Origin: Bacillota bacterium
Lineage (GTDB): Bacteria > Bacillota > Sulfobacillia > JAJZYS01 > JAJYTV01
NCBI GenBank assembly: GCA_021793645.1
Contig: JAJYSJ010000011.1
Location: forward strand, 22,515-86,514
DNA length: 64,000 bases
Direction of reading: 5' to 3'
A model generated the notes under the pieces. The model worked only from the letters and a program-made list of their open reading frames with translations. It had not been told where the DNA came from and searched no databases. The translations under genes were made by a program, and so were the position numbers. Shown one piece after another: positions 29,422 to 39,277 of this stretch; position 1 is the first letter of the stretch; every line of letters begins with the position of its first letter.

Positions 29422-30300
29422 TTACGACCCGCCGCTGTAGGTGTTCGGGGCTGAGCAGATACCCGCGAGGAACACCTTGCTCGTCATCCCGTACTTGTTT
29501 AGGATCTGCTGCTCTGTGCCGTTGCAGGCGATCGTCTTCAGGTAGGCGTTGAGCTTCTGCAGGAAGCGCGCGCTGTACTTGCCCTTCGGCACGCCGTAGT
29601 AGCCCCTGAGGCTCGCGAGCGGCGGCGAGATCGATGCAGGCACTGCCCCGAGGATCTTGATGTTCAGGGATGGATTGCTGTGCTTGGCCCACGGGACATC
29701 GACACCCGGCTCGAAGTCGGCGTCGACCCTGCCGCTCGAGAGCGCGAGGAAGGATTCACCGACGGAGTTGTACTGGGTGATCTGCGCGTTCGGAACAGCA
29801 TTGGCCTCCGCAACCTCGGCGGAGCCGATGACGACGGCGATCTTCTTGCCCGTGAGGTCGGCGACCGAGGTGCCGGAGACCGTCGGGTGCGTGCTGTTCA
29901 CCGCGACGACGTCGTTGTAGTTGAGCATGGGTCGGCTGAAGCCGATCACCTTGGCGCGGTCCGCGTTCCAGTAGATGTCGATCGTCAGGGCCGCGCGCTT
30001 GTCCGCGACCGCCTGGATCGACGCCGCGAACGGCATGGATGTGATCGACAGCGTTGCGCCGAGGGACTTCGCGAAGCCGCGCAGGATGTCGACGTCGTAG
30101 CCGGTCCACTGCTTGGTGGTCGGGTCCTGGAAGTCCTCGGGCGCGAACGCCGACTCCGCGATCGTCAGTTTATGCGTGCTCTGCACCTGGGCCAGGAGAT
30201 CGTTCGGACCGCTGCTGGCCGCTGTCGTCGAGCCGCAGCCCGCTAGCAGCGCGCTGATCCCCAGTGCAGTGAGCGCCGGTGCAGCCCATCTCATTCTCAA
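29422..30300 (-). CDS. Polar amino-acid ABC substrate-binding lipoprotein
   Basis: Lipobox LLAG-C; FAPEDF..WTGYDVDI and LSSGRVDA family-3 SBP motifs; TTG start after GGGGAGGG. Confidence 0.85.
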   Translation of the reverse strand: MRMRWAAPALTALGISALLAGCGSTTAASSGPNDLLAQVQSTHKLTIAESAFAPEDFQDPTTKQWTGYDVDILRGFAKSLGATLSITSMPFAASIQAVADKRAALTIDIYWNADRAKVIGFSRPMLNYNDVVAVNSTHPTVSGTSVADLTGKKIAVVIGSAEVAEANAVPNAQITQYNSVGESFLALSSGRVDADFEPGVDVPWAKHSNPSLNIKILGAVPASISPPLASLRGYYGVPKGKYSARFLQKLNAYLKTIACNGTEQQILNKYGMTSKVFLAGICSAPNTYSGGS

Positions 30301-30380
30301 GTGACTTTCCCTCCCCCACGTCCCGGCTTGCCGGCCCTGCGCCTTCGTGAGGCGGGGCGCACGGATCGGCCGCCCGGCAA

Positions 30381-31820
30381 TCAAGCCAGATTGAGACAAA
30401 CCACCTTGGTCTCGGTCATCGCCTCGGCTGCGTAGCGGATGCCCTCTCGCCCGAGGCCGCTCCCCTTCACGCCCCCGAAGGGCATGGCGTCGACTCGGAA
30501 ATCGCTGCTGTCGTTGATCATCACCCCCCCCATCTCGAGGCCCTGCACGCAACGGAAGGCGAGGTCGATGTCCCTGGTGAAGACGCCGGCCTGCAGGCCG
30601 TATGGGGAGTCGTTCGCCTTGCGCACCGCCTCCTCCGGATCCCGCACCCGGTAGAGGGAGACGACAGGCCCGTAAATCTCCTCGCGATCCAGGCTGCAGC
30701 CCTGTGGGACGTCTCGAAGCACCGTCGGGTCGTAAAACGCCCCCTGACGGCGCCCGCCCGCGAGCAGGCGCGCGCCGAGGGAGACCGCCTCGCTTACCCG
30801 ACCCTCAACCCGCATGGCCTCGCGCCCCGAGATCATCGGCCCCATGTCCGTCTCCTCCGACCGCTTGTCCCCGACCTTGATGTCCCGCACCCGTGCGAGG
30901 AAGCGTTCGGTGAACTCGTCCGCGACCTCGTCCTCGAGGATGACGCGCTGCACCCCAAGACAGTTCTGGCCCGCGTTGCCGAAGGCGCCGCTGAGGATCG
31001 CCTCCACCGCGCGCTCGAGATCCGCGTCGCGCAGGACGATCGTCGGAGAGTTGGAGCCGAGCTCCATCGCGAGCTTCTTGATTCCGGCCCTGCGGGTGAT
31101 CGACAGCCCGGTCTCCAGTCCGCCGGTGAAGGAGATCATCGCGACGTCGGGGTGCGTCACGAGCCGGTCCCCGAGCACGCTGCCGCTTCCGGTGACGAGC
31201 GACACCACCTGCGGCGGCAGCCCCGCTTCGAGGAGGGTCTCCACCAGCAGGAGCGCGCCCAGGGGCGCGACGCTCGAGGGTTTGAGGACGACGGCGTTGC
31301 CCGTCGCGATCGCCGGCCCGAGCTTGTGCGCCACGAGGTTCAAGGGATCGTTGAACGGGGTGATCGCCCCGATGATGCCGAGCGGGAACCGATCGTAGTA
31401 GCCGATCCGCCGCTCGGCACCCGGGCGCTGGTCGAAGGGAATCGTCTCGCCGTGGCCGCGCGAGGCCTCCTCCGCGCTCAGTTGCAATGTGTCCGCGGCG
31501 CGCCGCAGCTCGGCGCGGGCCTCCCGGATCGTCTTGCTGCAGTCCCGGCTGAGGATCCCGGCGTACTGCTCCGCCCGCTCCGCGACGAGCTGGGCCGTAC
31601 GCTGGAGGATGGCCTTGCGCTGGTGCACCGGCAGCGCCCGCGCCACTTGCGCCCCCTGCTTCGCGCCCTCGATCGCGGCGTCCATCTGTGCGACGCTTGC
31701 CGCGGGCAGGCGGGTGAGGATGGAGCCGTCCTGTGGGTCCGTGACCTCGAAGGTCTCGTCGCTCAGGGTCCACTCGCCGCCGATCAGGAGCTTTCTCTCC
31801 GACGTGAAGATGTCGATCAC
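30381..31820 (-). CDS. Aldehyde dehydrogenase (possibly non-phosphorylating aspartate-semialdehyde dehydrogenase)
   Basis: ITPFNDPLN, SFTGG, MELGSN, GQNC, EEIYGP; substrate inferred from context only. Confidence 0.85.
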   Translation of the reverse strand: MIDIFTSERKLLIGGEWTLSDETFEVTDPQDGSILTRLPAASVAQMDAAIEGAKQGAQVARALPVHQRKAILQRTAQLVAERAEQYAGILSRDCSKTIREARAELRRAADTLQLSAEEASRGHGETIPFDQRPGAERRIGYYDRFPLGIIGAITPFNDPLNLVAHKLGPAIATGNAVVLKPSSVAPLGALLLVETLLEAGLPPQVVSLVTGSGSVLGDRLVTHPDVAMISFTGGLETGLSITRRAGIKKLAMELGSNSPTIVLRDADLERAVEAILSGAFGNAGQNCLGVQRVILEDEVADEFTERFLARVRDIKVGDKRSEETDMGPMISGREAMRVEGRVSEAVSLGARLLAGGRRQGAFYDPTVLRDVPQGCSLDREEIYGPVVSLYRVRDPEEAVRKANDSPYGLQAGVFTRDIDLAFRCVQGLEMGGVMINDSSDFRVDAMPFGGVKGSGLGREGIRYAAEAMTETKVVCLNLA

Positions 31821-32872
31821 GCGGGTCGCCTCCCAACCGAGGTAGTGCTGCGTCCGATACGGATCAGGTCATGGAGGAGCGCGAACGCCGTCTCGCGCCG
31901 GCCGGCGCCAGCGCCGATCAGTGTGACGGGCCCGAGGAGGTCGCAGGTGTATGTGATCGCGTTCGTCGCGCCGCGCACGCTCCCCAGCGGGTCGTCCGCG
32001 GGCAGGAGCACCGGCCCGACGGAGGCCCTAAGGCCTGCCTCTGTGCGCTCGAGCTGCGCAATCAGCTTCCAGTGGCGCCCCTCCCGAGCGGCGGCGGCCA
32101 CCTCCGCGCGCGTCAGCTGCGAGATGCCCTCCCGCGCGACGTCCTGCGGCGCGACCTGCTCTCCGAGAACGTGCGCCGCCAGGATCACGACCTTGTAGAG
32201 GGCGTCGAAGCCCTCGACGTCGCCCGCCGGGTCCGCTTCGGCGTAACCGAGCCCCTGCGCCTCCCGGAGCGCGTCTTCGTACTCGAGGCCCTCTTCCATA
32301 CGGGTCAGGATGTAGTTCGTGGTGCCGTTCAGGATGCCGCGGACCGCAAGGATGCGATTGCCGGCGAGCGCCGCGCGGCCAAGGTCCAAGGACGGCGTGC
32401 CGCTCATCACCGTGCCCTCGATGCCGAACTCCACCCCGGCTTCTTGCGCCTTCGCGAAGAGCTCCCGGTAGCGCAGGACGACCGGGCCCTTGTTCGAGGT
32501 GATCACGTGAAGGCCGTGGGCGAAGGCCGCCTCGCAGTGCTCGATGGCCGGCTGCCCGTCCGCCAGCGTCGGCGAGAGCTCCAGGATCACGTCGGCGGAG
32601 CTCTCCCGGATCGTAGTGAGGCTGTCGAGGCCGCGCACGAGGCCGGGCTGCTCGGGATAGCCCGCAAGCAGTGCGGCGCCCTGCGCTGCGGCAACCAGCA
32701 CGGCGGGCTCGAGACCCTCGTCCCGGAAGAGCGAGCCCTTCACAGGGTCCGCGACGGCGACGATCGTGAGGTCGAGCCCGAAGCGGCGCGCAATCTCTTC
32801 CTGCCGCTCGCCGACGATCTCCGCGAAGGCTTGTCCGACGCCGCCGAATCCGATCAGTGCGAGCTTAGGCAT
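31817..32872 (-). CDS. hom: Homoserine dehydrogenase (short form, no ACT domain)
   Basis: IGFGGVG, TSNKGP, EGTVMSGTP, GILNGTTNYIL, GYAEADP-DVEG-DA. Confidence 0.88.
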   Translation of the reverse strand: MPKLALIGFGGVGQAFAEIVGERQEEIARRFGLDLTIVAVADPVKGSLFRDEGLEPAVLVAAAQGAALLAGYPEQPGLVRGLDSLTTIRESSADVILELSPTLADGQPAIEHCEAAFAHGLHVITSNKGPVVLRYRELFAKAQEAGVEFGIEGTVMSGTPSLDLGRAALAGNRILAVRGILNGTTNYILTRMEEGLEYEDALREAQGLGYAEADPAGDVEGFDALYKVVILAAHVLGEQVAPQDVAREGISQLTRAEVAAAAREGRHWKLIAQLERTEAGLRASVGPVLLPADDPLGSVRGATNAITYTCDLLGPVTLIGAGAGRRETAFALLHDLIRIGRSTTSVGRRPA

Positions 32873-34109
32873 GACTGACGGCACCTCCCCTTGGGCCGGA
32901 TGGCAGTGGAAACTCCCCGGTGAGCACCTGGCGCGCAGATTCTGCGAGCAGCGCCGCGCCGATCGGCAGACAGCGCTCGTCCAGGTCGAATTCGGGCGTA
33001 TGGAGTCCCGCAGGGGGCCTCCCCTCCGGGCGGCAGCCCAGGAACGCCATCGCTGCCGGAACGGCCTCCGCGATGAAGGCGAAGTCCTCGCCGCCGAGGC
33101 CGAAAGGCGCAAGGTGGATGCGGGTCTCCTTTGGAAGGGCGGAGAGCGCCTGGACATACAGCCGGTTCACGTCGGGGGCGTTCCTGAGCGCAGGACTCTC
33201 GTGGATGAAGCGCAGGCGGTAGTCGCCCCCAAGGCTGCGCACCAGCGAGAAGGCCCGCTCCACCTCGGTCTCGAGGAGCGCGCGGATGCGTGGGTCGTAG
33301 GCGCGCATGGTCCCCTCGAGCGTCACCTCGGCCGGAATGACGTTGGGCGCCGTGCCGCCAGCAACCCTGCCGACGGTGACGACAGCGGTCTCGAGCGGCG
33401 ACACCCGCCGGGAGACAATGCCGTGCAGCGCCGTCAAGACCGGCGCAAGCAGCCAGATCGGGTCGACCGCCAGGTCAGGGTAGGCGCCGTGGCCGCCCCG
33501 CCCCACGATCACGCCCTCGAAGGTGTCGACGCTCGCCATGGCGTAGCCGTCCGCCAGCTGCACGACCCCCGTCGGCTCGTAGGGGTTTACGTGCAGCGCG
33601 AGCGCGAGGCTCACGCCCTCGAGTACCCCTTCCTCCAACATGCGGGCAGCCCCGGTGCGGCCCTGGGCGTCCGCCGCCTCCTCGGCCGGCTGGAAGATGA
33701 GGCGCACCCCGCCCGCGAGACTCCCCTCCGCGAACAGCTGCGTCAAGATGTCCGCTGCGCCCAGCAGCATCGCCATGTGTCCGTCGTGGCCACAGGCGTG
33801 CATCCTGCCCGGATGCTGGGAAGGGAACGCAACGCCGCTCCGCTCCTCGATCGGCAGGGCGTCCATGTCGGCTCGCAGGGCCACCAGCGGACCCGCGCCG
33901 CGACGGAGGTCCGCGACCACCCCGGTGCCGCCCACGCCGCGGCGGAGTTGGAAGGCTCCCAGGCGCTCCAGCTGCGCCGCGATGAAGTCCGAGGTCTCAT
34001 GCTCCTCGAATGCGACCTCGGGCCGGGCGTGGAGGTGGCGGCGCCACGCCCGCATCTCCTCCTGCAGTCCCTGCGCCGCGCTGTGCACGGCGGACTTCGG
34101 ACCCGTCAT
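32865..34109 (-). CDS. M20D amidohydrolase (hippurate/N-acyl-amino-acid hydrolase family)
   Basis: HARPE, LRADMDALP, MHACGHDGH, FQPAEE, GEDF, LHTPEF. Confidence 0.9.
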   Translation of the reverse strand: MTGPKSAVHSAAQGLQEEMRAWRRHLHARPEVAFEEHETSDFIAAQLERLGAFQLRRGVGGTGVVADLRRGAGPLVALRADMDALPIEERSGVAFPSQHPGRMHACGHDGHMAMLLGAADILTQLFAEGSLAGGVRLIFQPAEEAADAQGRTGAARMLEEGVLEGVSLALALHVNPYEPTGVVQLADGYAMASVDTFEGVIVGRGGHGAYPDLAVDPIWLLAPVLTALHGIVSRRVSPLETAVVTVGRVAGGTAPNVIPAEVTLEGTMRAYDPRIRALLETEVERAFSLVRSLGGDYRLRFIHESPALRNAPDVNRLYVQALSALPKETRIHLAPFGLGGEDFAFIAEAVPAAMAFLGCRPEGRPPAGLHTPEFDLDERCLPIGAALLAESARQVLTGEFPLPSGPRGGAVSHA

Positions 34110-34123
34110 CTCGAGCCCTCCTC

Positions 34124-35356
34124 TCAGCGCGAGGCCACGCTCTTGCCGCTGCGCCTGACTTCCGCGGCGCCGCGTAGCGCCTGGTCGAGGTCTGCGATCA
34201 GGTCTTCGGTCTCCTCGATGCCCACGGAGTAGCGCACAAGGCTCTCGGGGATGCCGAGCGAGGCCCGGCCCTCTTCGGTGAGCTCCACGTGGCTCGTCGT
34301 GCGGGGCGGCCCGGCGACCGTCTCGACGCACCCGAGGTTCGCGGCGAGGTGCGCGAATCGGAGCTTCGGCAGAAAGGCCCGCACTGCGTCGAAGCCGCCC
34401 CTCAGAGAAAAGGACATCACTCCGCCGAAGCCGCGCATCTGCCGCGCCGCGACATCGTGGTGCGGGTGGCTCTCGAGCCCGGGGTAGAATACCTCGTCGA
34501 TCTCGGGGTGGGCCTCAAGGAACCGCGCGATGCGCAGGGCGCTCTGGTTCTGCTGCTTGACGCGCAGAGAGAGCGTCTTCAGGCCCCGCAGGATGAGGTA
34601 GGCCGCTTCGGGGTGCAGCGTCGCGCCGTTGATCTCGCGGAAGTGGTAGACCTCCGCCACGAGGTCCTTGCGTCCGCAGAGGAGGCCGCCCAGCGCATCG
34701 GCGTGGCCGCCGAGGAACTTCGTCGCACTGTGGACCACGAGGTCTGCACCCATGCTGAGCGGGCTCTGGTTCACCGGAGTGGCGAACGTGTTGTCGACGA
34801 TCGCGAGAGCCCCATGGCGGTGCGCGCAAGAGATGAGGCGCGGCAGGTCCAGAACCTTGAGGGTCGGGTTCGTGGGCGTCTCGAGGTAGAGGATCTTGCA
34901 GCCCTTCGCGACCTCCCGCTCGATGGCGTCGAAGTCGCCCGTGTCGCAGAGGGCCACGTCGATCTGGAAGCGCGGCAGGAATTCGAGGAAGATCTTGCTC
35001 GTCCCGCCGTAGGTGTCCTTGATCGACACGACGCGGTCGCCGGGCGAGAGCAGCGTAAAGAGGGTGCTGCTGATGGCGGCCATGCCGGTCGAGAAGCTCG
35101 TTGCGGCCTCGGCTCCCTCCAAAAGGCGCAGCTTCTCCTCCAGCACCTGGACGGTCGGGTTCGTGTTGCGCCCGTAGATATGGCCGGCCCGCTGCCCGAG
35201 CGCCACCTCGTACCACTCGTCGAGGTCGCGGTAGCCGAAGGACACGCTGTGCACGACGGGAACCTGGGTCGCTCCCTGCATGAGGTACTGTTCCTCGCCT
35301 GCCCAGACCGCCATCGTTCCCTGGTGCGCCGTAGGAAGGTCCCGCTCGTCAGCCAT
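34124..35356 (-). CDS. Cystathionine gamma-synthase/gamma-lyase family PLP enzyme
   Basis: YGRNTNPT, STGMAAIS, ETPTNP, DNTFATP, HSATKFLGGH. Confidence 0.9.
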   Translation of the reverse strand: MADERDLPTAHQGTMAVWAGEEQYLMQGATQVPVVHSVSFGYRDLDEWYEVALGQRAGHIYGRNTNPTVQVLEEKLRLLEGAEAATSFSTGMAAISSTLFTLLSPGDRVVSIKDTYGGTSKIFLEFLPRFQIDVALCDTGDFDAIEREVAKGCKILYLETPTNPTLKVLDLPRLISCAHRHGALAIVDNTFATPVNQSPLSMGADLVVHSATKFLGGHADALGGLLCGRKDLVAEVYHFREINGATLHPEAAYLILRGLKTLSLRVKQQNQSALRIARFLEAHPEIDEVFYPGLESHPHHDVAARQMRGFGGVMSFSLRGGFDAVRAFLPKLRFAHLAANLGCVETVAGPPRTTSHVELTEEGRASLGIPESLVRYSVGIEETEDLIADLDQALRGAAEVRRSGKSVASR

Positions 35357-35404
35357 GGATCTGCCTCCAAAAACCGATTCGGATCGTACTGATGATTAAG
35401 AGTC

Positions 35405-36394
35405 CTAGATCTGTGTCCCGGCCCCCGCCTGCAGGGCCAGACTGTACGCGAGCCGCGCGATCGCCGTGTCCTGCACTCCGGTGCCGGTGAGGTCGCAGAC
35501 CGTGACCTGCGCCGGGTCCGTTCGCCCTGGCCGCTGGCCCGCTGCGATCGTGCCCAGTTCGACGATGCGGCCTGGGGCGAGGAGACCCGCGTCTACCGCG
35601 TGGTGGCATTCCCCGAGCCGCAGGCTTTGTTCTAGGACGTCGCAGGCGACGAGGTCGGCCTCATGGAGCACAGAAGGTTCGAGTTCGCGCTTGCGCGGCG
35701 CGTCGGACCCGATGGCCGTGATATGCAGCCCCGGGTGGAGCCAGACGGCCTGGATGAGGGGTTCTTGGGAGGGCGTCGCAGTGACCAGGATGTCGCTCTC
35801 CCGGACAAGTCGCTCGAGGTCCGTAAGGACAGCAGCGGGCACGCCGAGCGTTTTCGTGATCTCTCCGGCGCAGGTCCGCGCACCCTCTGCGCTGCGGCTG
35901 AAGATGAGGACCCGCTCGAACGGGCGCACGAGGTGGAGCGCCAGCGCCTGGTAGAGGGCCTGTTCGCCGGCGCCGACAAGCCCGAGCGTTAGCGCATCTT
36001 TGCGCGCGAGGTGCTTCGCTGCCACGGCGCCGGCTGCGGCCGTCCGCAGCGTCGTGAGATGCCCTCCGTCGAGGAGGACTGCCTTTGGAACTCCTGTTCG
36101 GGAGTCGAACAACACCATGAGGCCGTTGCCGGTGGGGAGCCCCTGCGCCCGATTGCCGAAAAACCCCGAGGAGATCTTCACGGCGAAGCTGTCCCAGCCG
36201 CGCACGTACGCCGTCTTGACGTCGACCTCGCCCTGGTGCTCCGGCACGTCGAGGCGCTGAATCGGCGGCGTTTCGACGGCTCCCGCCGCGATCCGCCGAA
36301 ATCCCTCCTCCACCGCCTCCACAACCTCGTGCGACAGCGGCACGAGGCGGCGGATCTCGTCTGCCGACACCGCGAGGACTGCGATCGCGATCAC
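35405..36394 (-). CDS. eutC: Ornithine cyclodeaminase family protein EutC
   Basis: GEVDVKTAYV, FAVKISSGFFGN, LTTLRTAAAG, GSDAPRK, DLTGTGVQD typical of EutC; GTG start inferred. Confidence 0.85.
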   Translation of the reverse strand: MIAIAVLAVSADEIRRLVPLSHEVVEAVEEGFRRIAAGAVETPPIQRLDVPEHQGEVDVKTAYVRGWDSFAVKISSGFFGNRAQGLPTGNGLMVLFDSRTGVPKAVLLDGGHLTTLRTAAAGAVAAKHLARKDALTLGLVGAGEQALYQALALHLVRPFERVLIFSRSAEGARTCAGEITKTLGVPAAVLTDLERLVRESDILVTATPSQEPLIQAVWLHPGLHITAIGSDAPRKRELEPSVLHEADLVACDVLEQSLRLGECHHAVDAGLLAPGRIVELGTIAAGQRPGRTDPAQVTVCDLTGTGVQDTAIARLAYSLALQAGAGTQI

Positions 36395-36679
36395 CCGCTT
36401 TCCACCGGCAGTCCGGATGTGCCCGACCAGTTGGGCGGAGAAGCCGGATCTGCGCGATCTGGTATTTAGGGTGGCGCATCGCGGTCGCGTGCCACAACCG
36501 CAAGATTGTATGAAAATGAGTGGCCGGCTTCGGTTATCCTGTCGGATGTTCACCCGCGCACAAGCCACTTTGCGCGAGAGATGGCGCACCGCAGCAACCG
36601 CTGGCACCCGGCGGAGTGCAAAGGGAGAACGCCCTCGCGACGGAGGCGTTCTCCTTTTCCGTGTGGGCGAGCCCACCTC

Positions 36680-36845
36680 AGATGCGGGCGTGGAGATTGG
36701 CAGTGCGAATCGTGCGCCCGCCGCGTGCACGGGGAGGTGAACGGCTCCCGGCGGTGATCAGGTGGTTATCCAGGTTGCCGCCGTGATCGCCCGTTGGCCG
36801 TTCACGACCTCGCCCTCACCCGGTTCCAGCCCGATCACTCCCGCG
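36680..36845 (-). pseudogene. Fragment of an acetamidase/formamidase paralogue
   Basis: Clear nucleotide similarity to about 42685-42850 (GTGATCAGGTGGTTATCCA-GTTGCCGCC..TGGCCGTTCACGACCTCGCCCTCA), with indels. Confidence 0.8.
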
Positions 36846-37131
36846 GTGTCCGCCGAACGCGGCACCGCGTTGCGGGTCAGCTCGACCCCTTCGTGAAAAT
36901 TTCCTTGCCAATTCTGCGAGTGTGTGCAAGTCTACTTTCAAAGTGGACCTTGGAACCATGCCCCTCGCTCCGCTGCTCCCAATCCCTGGGGCGGGTCGCA
37001 TGAAGCCTCCTTACCAGCGCCGTGGCAGGGCCCTATGACGGACTGCATCGGAGGAATGGTTCGTGAAGCACTCCGAGAAGCGCTCGCCAGTACCCCCAAT
37101 CCGTCACGCGACCGAGGCGGGCGACGCCGCA

Positions 37132-38004
37132 ATGCCGCTGACGCTTCGCAGGCTGACCGAGCAGTACGGTCGACTCAGCGCCTCCCACCGGCGCCTCGCC
37201 GCGGCAGTGCTCGGCAAGCCCCTGGAAGCGGCCTTCTGGAGCAGTGCGGAACTCGCTGCAAATGCGGGCGTCAGCGAGTCGACCGTGACGCGGTTCACGG
37301 TCGCGCTCGGCTACTCCGGCTACCCCGCGTTCGTGCGCGAGCTGCAGGCGATCGCACGCAGCCGCCTGCGCACCGGCGAGCGCCTCTCCCGAAGCCGGCA
37401 GGCGGGTGTGGACGAGTACGGCCGCGCGCTGCAGGAAGATGTCCAGAACCTCGAGCTCTTGGCCACGCAGGTGTCCTCCGATGCGCTCGAACAGGCAGCG
37501 ACGCTGATCACGGGTGCGCGGACGGTGGCTCTGGTGGCCGCGCGCAGCTCCGCGGCGATCGGGGTCTACCTCGAGACGTACCTCAACATGCTCGGCAAGC
37601 CCGTCCGCATGTTCCGCGGCGATCCCGGCACGATCGATCTCCTTGGCCGCATGGGGCCCGAGGATGTCGCCATCGGGGTCGGGTTCAGCCGCTACACGTC
37701 GTTCACGGTCAAGGCCGTCCGCTACCTGTACGGCCGCGGTGTGCCCGTCCTCGCGATCACGGACCATCTCGCCTCGCCGCTCGCGCTGTCCGCGAACCTC
37801 GTCCTCCTCACGCCGACCCAGGCGGCCTCGCCCGTCGACTCCCTGGTCGCGCCGCTGGCGATGGCGCAAGCGCTGATCCGTCTCCTGATGAACCGCCTCC
37901 CCGCCGACAGTGTCGGCGAGCTCCTGGCGATGGAGGAACTCTGGGCATCGTTCGGCGTCTACGAAAGGATGTGGGGCGAGGACACGGAGGAGCGCGGCGA
38001 GTAG
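37132..38004 (+). CDS. MurR/RpiR-family transcriptional regulator
   Basis: HTH SSAELAANAGVSESTVTRF..LGYSGY plus SIS domain FSRY, AITDH-SPL. Confidence 0.9.
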   Translation: MPLTLRRLTEQYGRLSASHRRLAAAVLGKPLEAAFWSSAELAANAGVSESTVTRFTVALGYSGYPAFVRELQAIARSRLRTGERLSRSRQAGVDEYGRALQEDVQNLELLATQVSSDALEQAATLITGARTVALVAARSSAAIGVYLETYLNMLGKPVRMFRGDPGTIDLLGRMGPEDVAIGVGFSRYTSFTVKAVRYLYGRGVPVLAITDHLASPLALSANLVLLTPTQAASPVDSLVAPLAMAQALIRLLMNRLPADSVGELLAMEELWASFGVYERMWGEDTEERGE

Positions 38005-38127
38005 GCCTGCCGCGCCATCGGGGCAGATGTCGCGAGGCCTGCCGATCAACGGGGCGCACGGCATTTCCAAGGGGTGCGTTTCGCACGATCACATCGGTTC
38101 AATATGGTCTATATGGGGGCGATCGCG

Positions 38128-39210
38128 ATGGCGGGACGCAAACGGGCGCGCGATTACGGTTTGGCCACGTGGCGGCTGTCCAGCGGGCCGCTGGGTGCGA
38201 TCACCGACGTGCCTGGCGTACGGGTAGGACATTCCACCGTGATCCGCGGTGAGCGCATGCGCACCGGCGCCACCGCGATCTTCGCGCACGACGGCGACCC
38301 CTTCCACGAGCGCGTCTTCGCAGGAGTCGATGTGCTGAACGGGGACACGGTGAACACGGGGCAGGCAATCATCGACGAGTGGGGTCTCCTATGCTCTCCG
38401 GTCGTCTTCGCCAGCACGCGGTCACTAGGCGTCGCCTACGAGGCCGTAGTGCAACATTTCATCTCCCGCTACCCCGAGGCCAGCGCCGACGGAAACCTCA
38501 TTCCCGTCGTGATGGAATGCGACGACAACTACCTGAGCGACAACCGCTCCTTCCCCCTGCAGGTGGAAGACGTGCTGGCGTGCCTTCAGTCGGCGCAGGG
38601 CGGCCCGGTGGAGGAGGGCGGCGTGGGCGCAGGCACCGGCATGCAGCTCTTCGGTTGGAAGGGCGGCATCGGGACAGCATCCCGCGTCGTCACGGCCTAC
38701 GGCCAGACCTACACCATTGGCGTCATCCTCAACACGAACTTCGGGCAGCGCCAGCAGCTCCTCCTGCGCGGGTTCCCGATCGGGGAACACCTTGCGGACC
38801 CTCTCGCCGGGCGCTCACCGGAGGGCTCCTGCGTCGGCGTCCTGGCGACCGACGCCCCGCTCGGCCCAAGCCAGCTCCGCCGCATGGCGAAGCGCGTCGG
38901 CTTCGGGCTCGTGCGCTGCGGTTCCGTCGGCAACGACGGCAGCGGCGAGGCCTTCATCGCGTTCTCCACCGCCCACCGCGTGCGCCGGGACCACTCTTCG
39001 CCGGTAACGGTGCAGCGCCTCATCGAAGGCCAGTTCTGGCAGCGCGGGTCGCCGATCGACCTCCTCTTTGAGGCCGCGACGGAAGCCTCGGAGGAGGCCT
39101 GCCTCAACGCCCTCGTGGCCGGCACGACGACCACCGGCCGCGACGGGCACGCGCTGCACGGGTTTCCCGTCGAGGAAGCCCTCGGGGTTCTGCGGCAGAA
39201 CGCGCTGTAG
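38128..39210 (+). CDS. DmpA/P1-family aminopeptidase (Ntn-like)
   Basis: AITDVPGVRVGH, TGATAI, ECDDNYL, EGGVGAGTG, KGGIGTASR, G|S autoprocessing site (EGSC), IAFST. Confidence 0.9.
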   Translation: MAGRKRARDYGLATWRLSSGPLGAITDVPGVRVGHSTVIRGERMRTGATAIFAHDGDPFHERVFAGVDVLNGDTVNTGQAIIDEWGLLCSPVVFASTRSLGVAYEAVVQHFISRYPEASADGNLIPVVMECDDNYLSDNRSFPLQVEDVLACLQSAQGGPVEEGGVGAGTGMQLFGWKGGIGTASRVVTAYGQTYTIGVILNTNFGQRQQLLLRGFPIGEHLADPLAGRSPEGSCVGVLATDAPLGPSQLRRMAKRVGFGLVRCGSVGNDGSGEAFIAFSTAHRVRRDHSSPVTVQRLIEGQFWQRGSPIDLLFEAATEASEEACLNALVAGTTTTGRDGHALHGFPVEEALGVLRQNAL

Positions 39211-39277
39211 GAGAGGGGGTGACGATGGAGGGAAGGCTGCGGATCCGCCACATCCCGCATCAAGAAGGAGGATTGCA

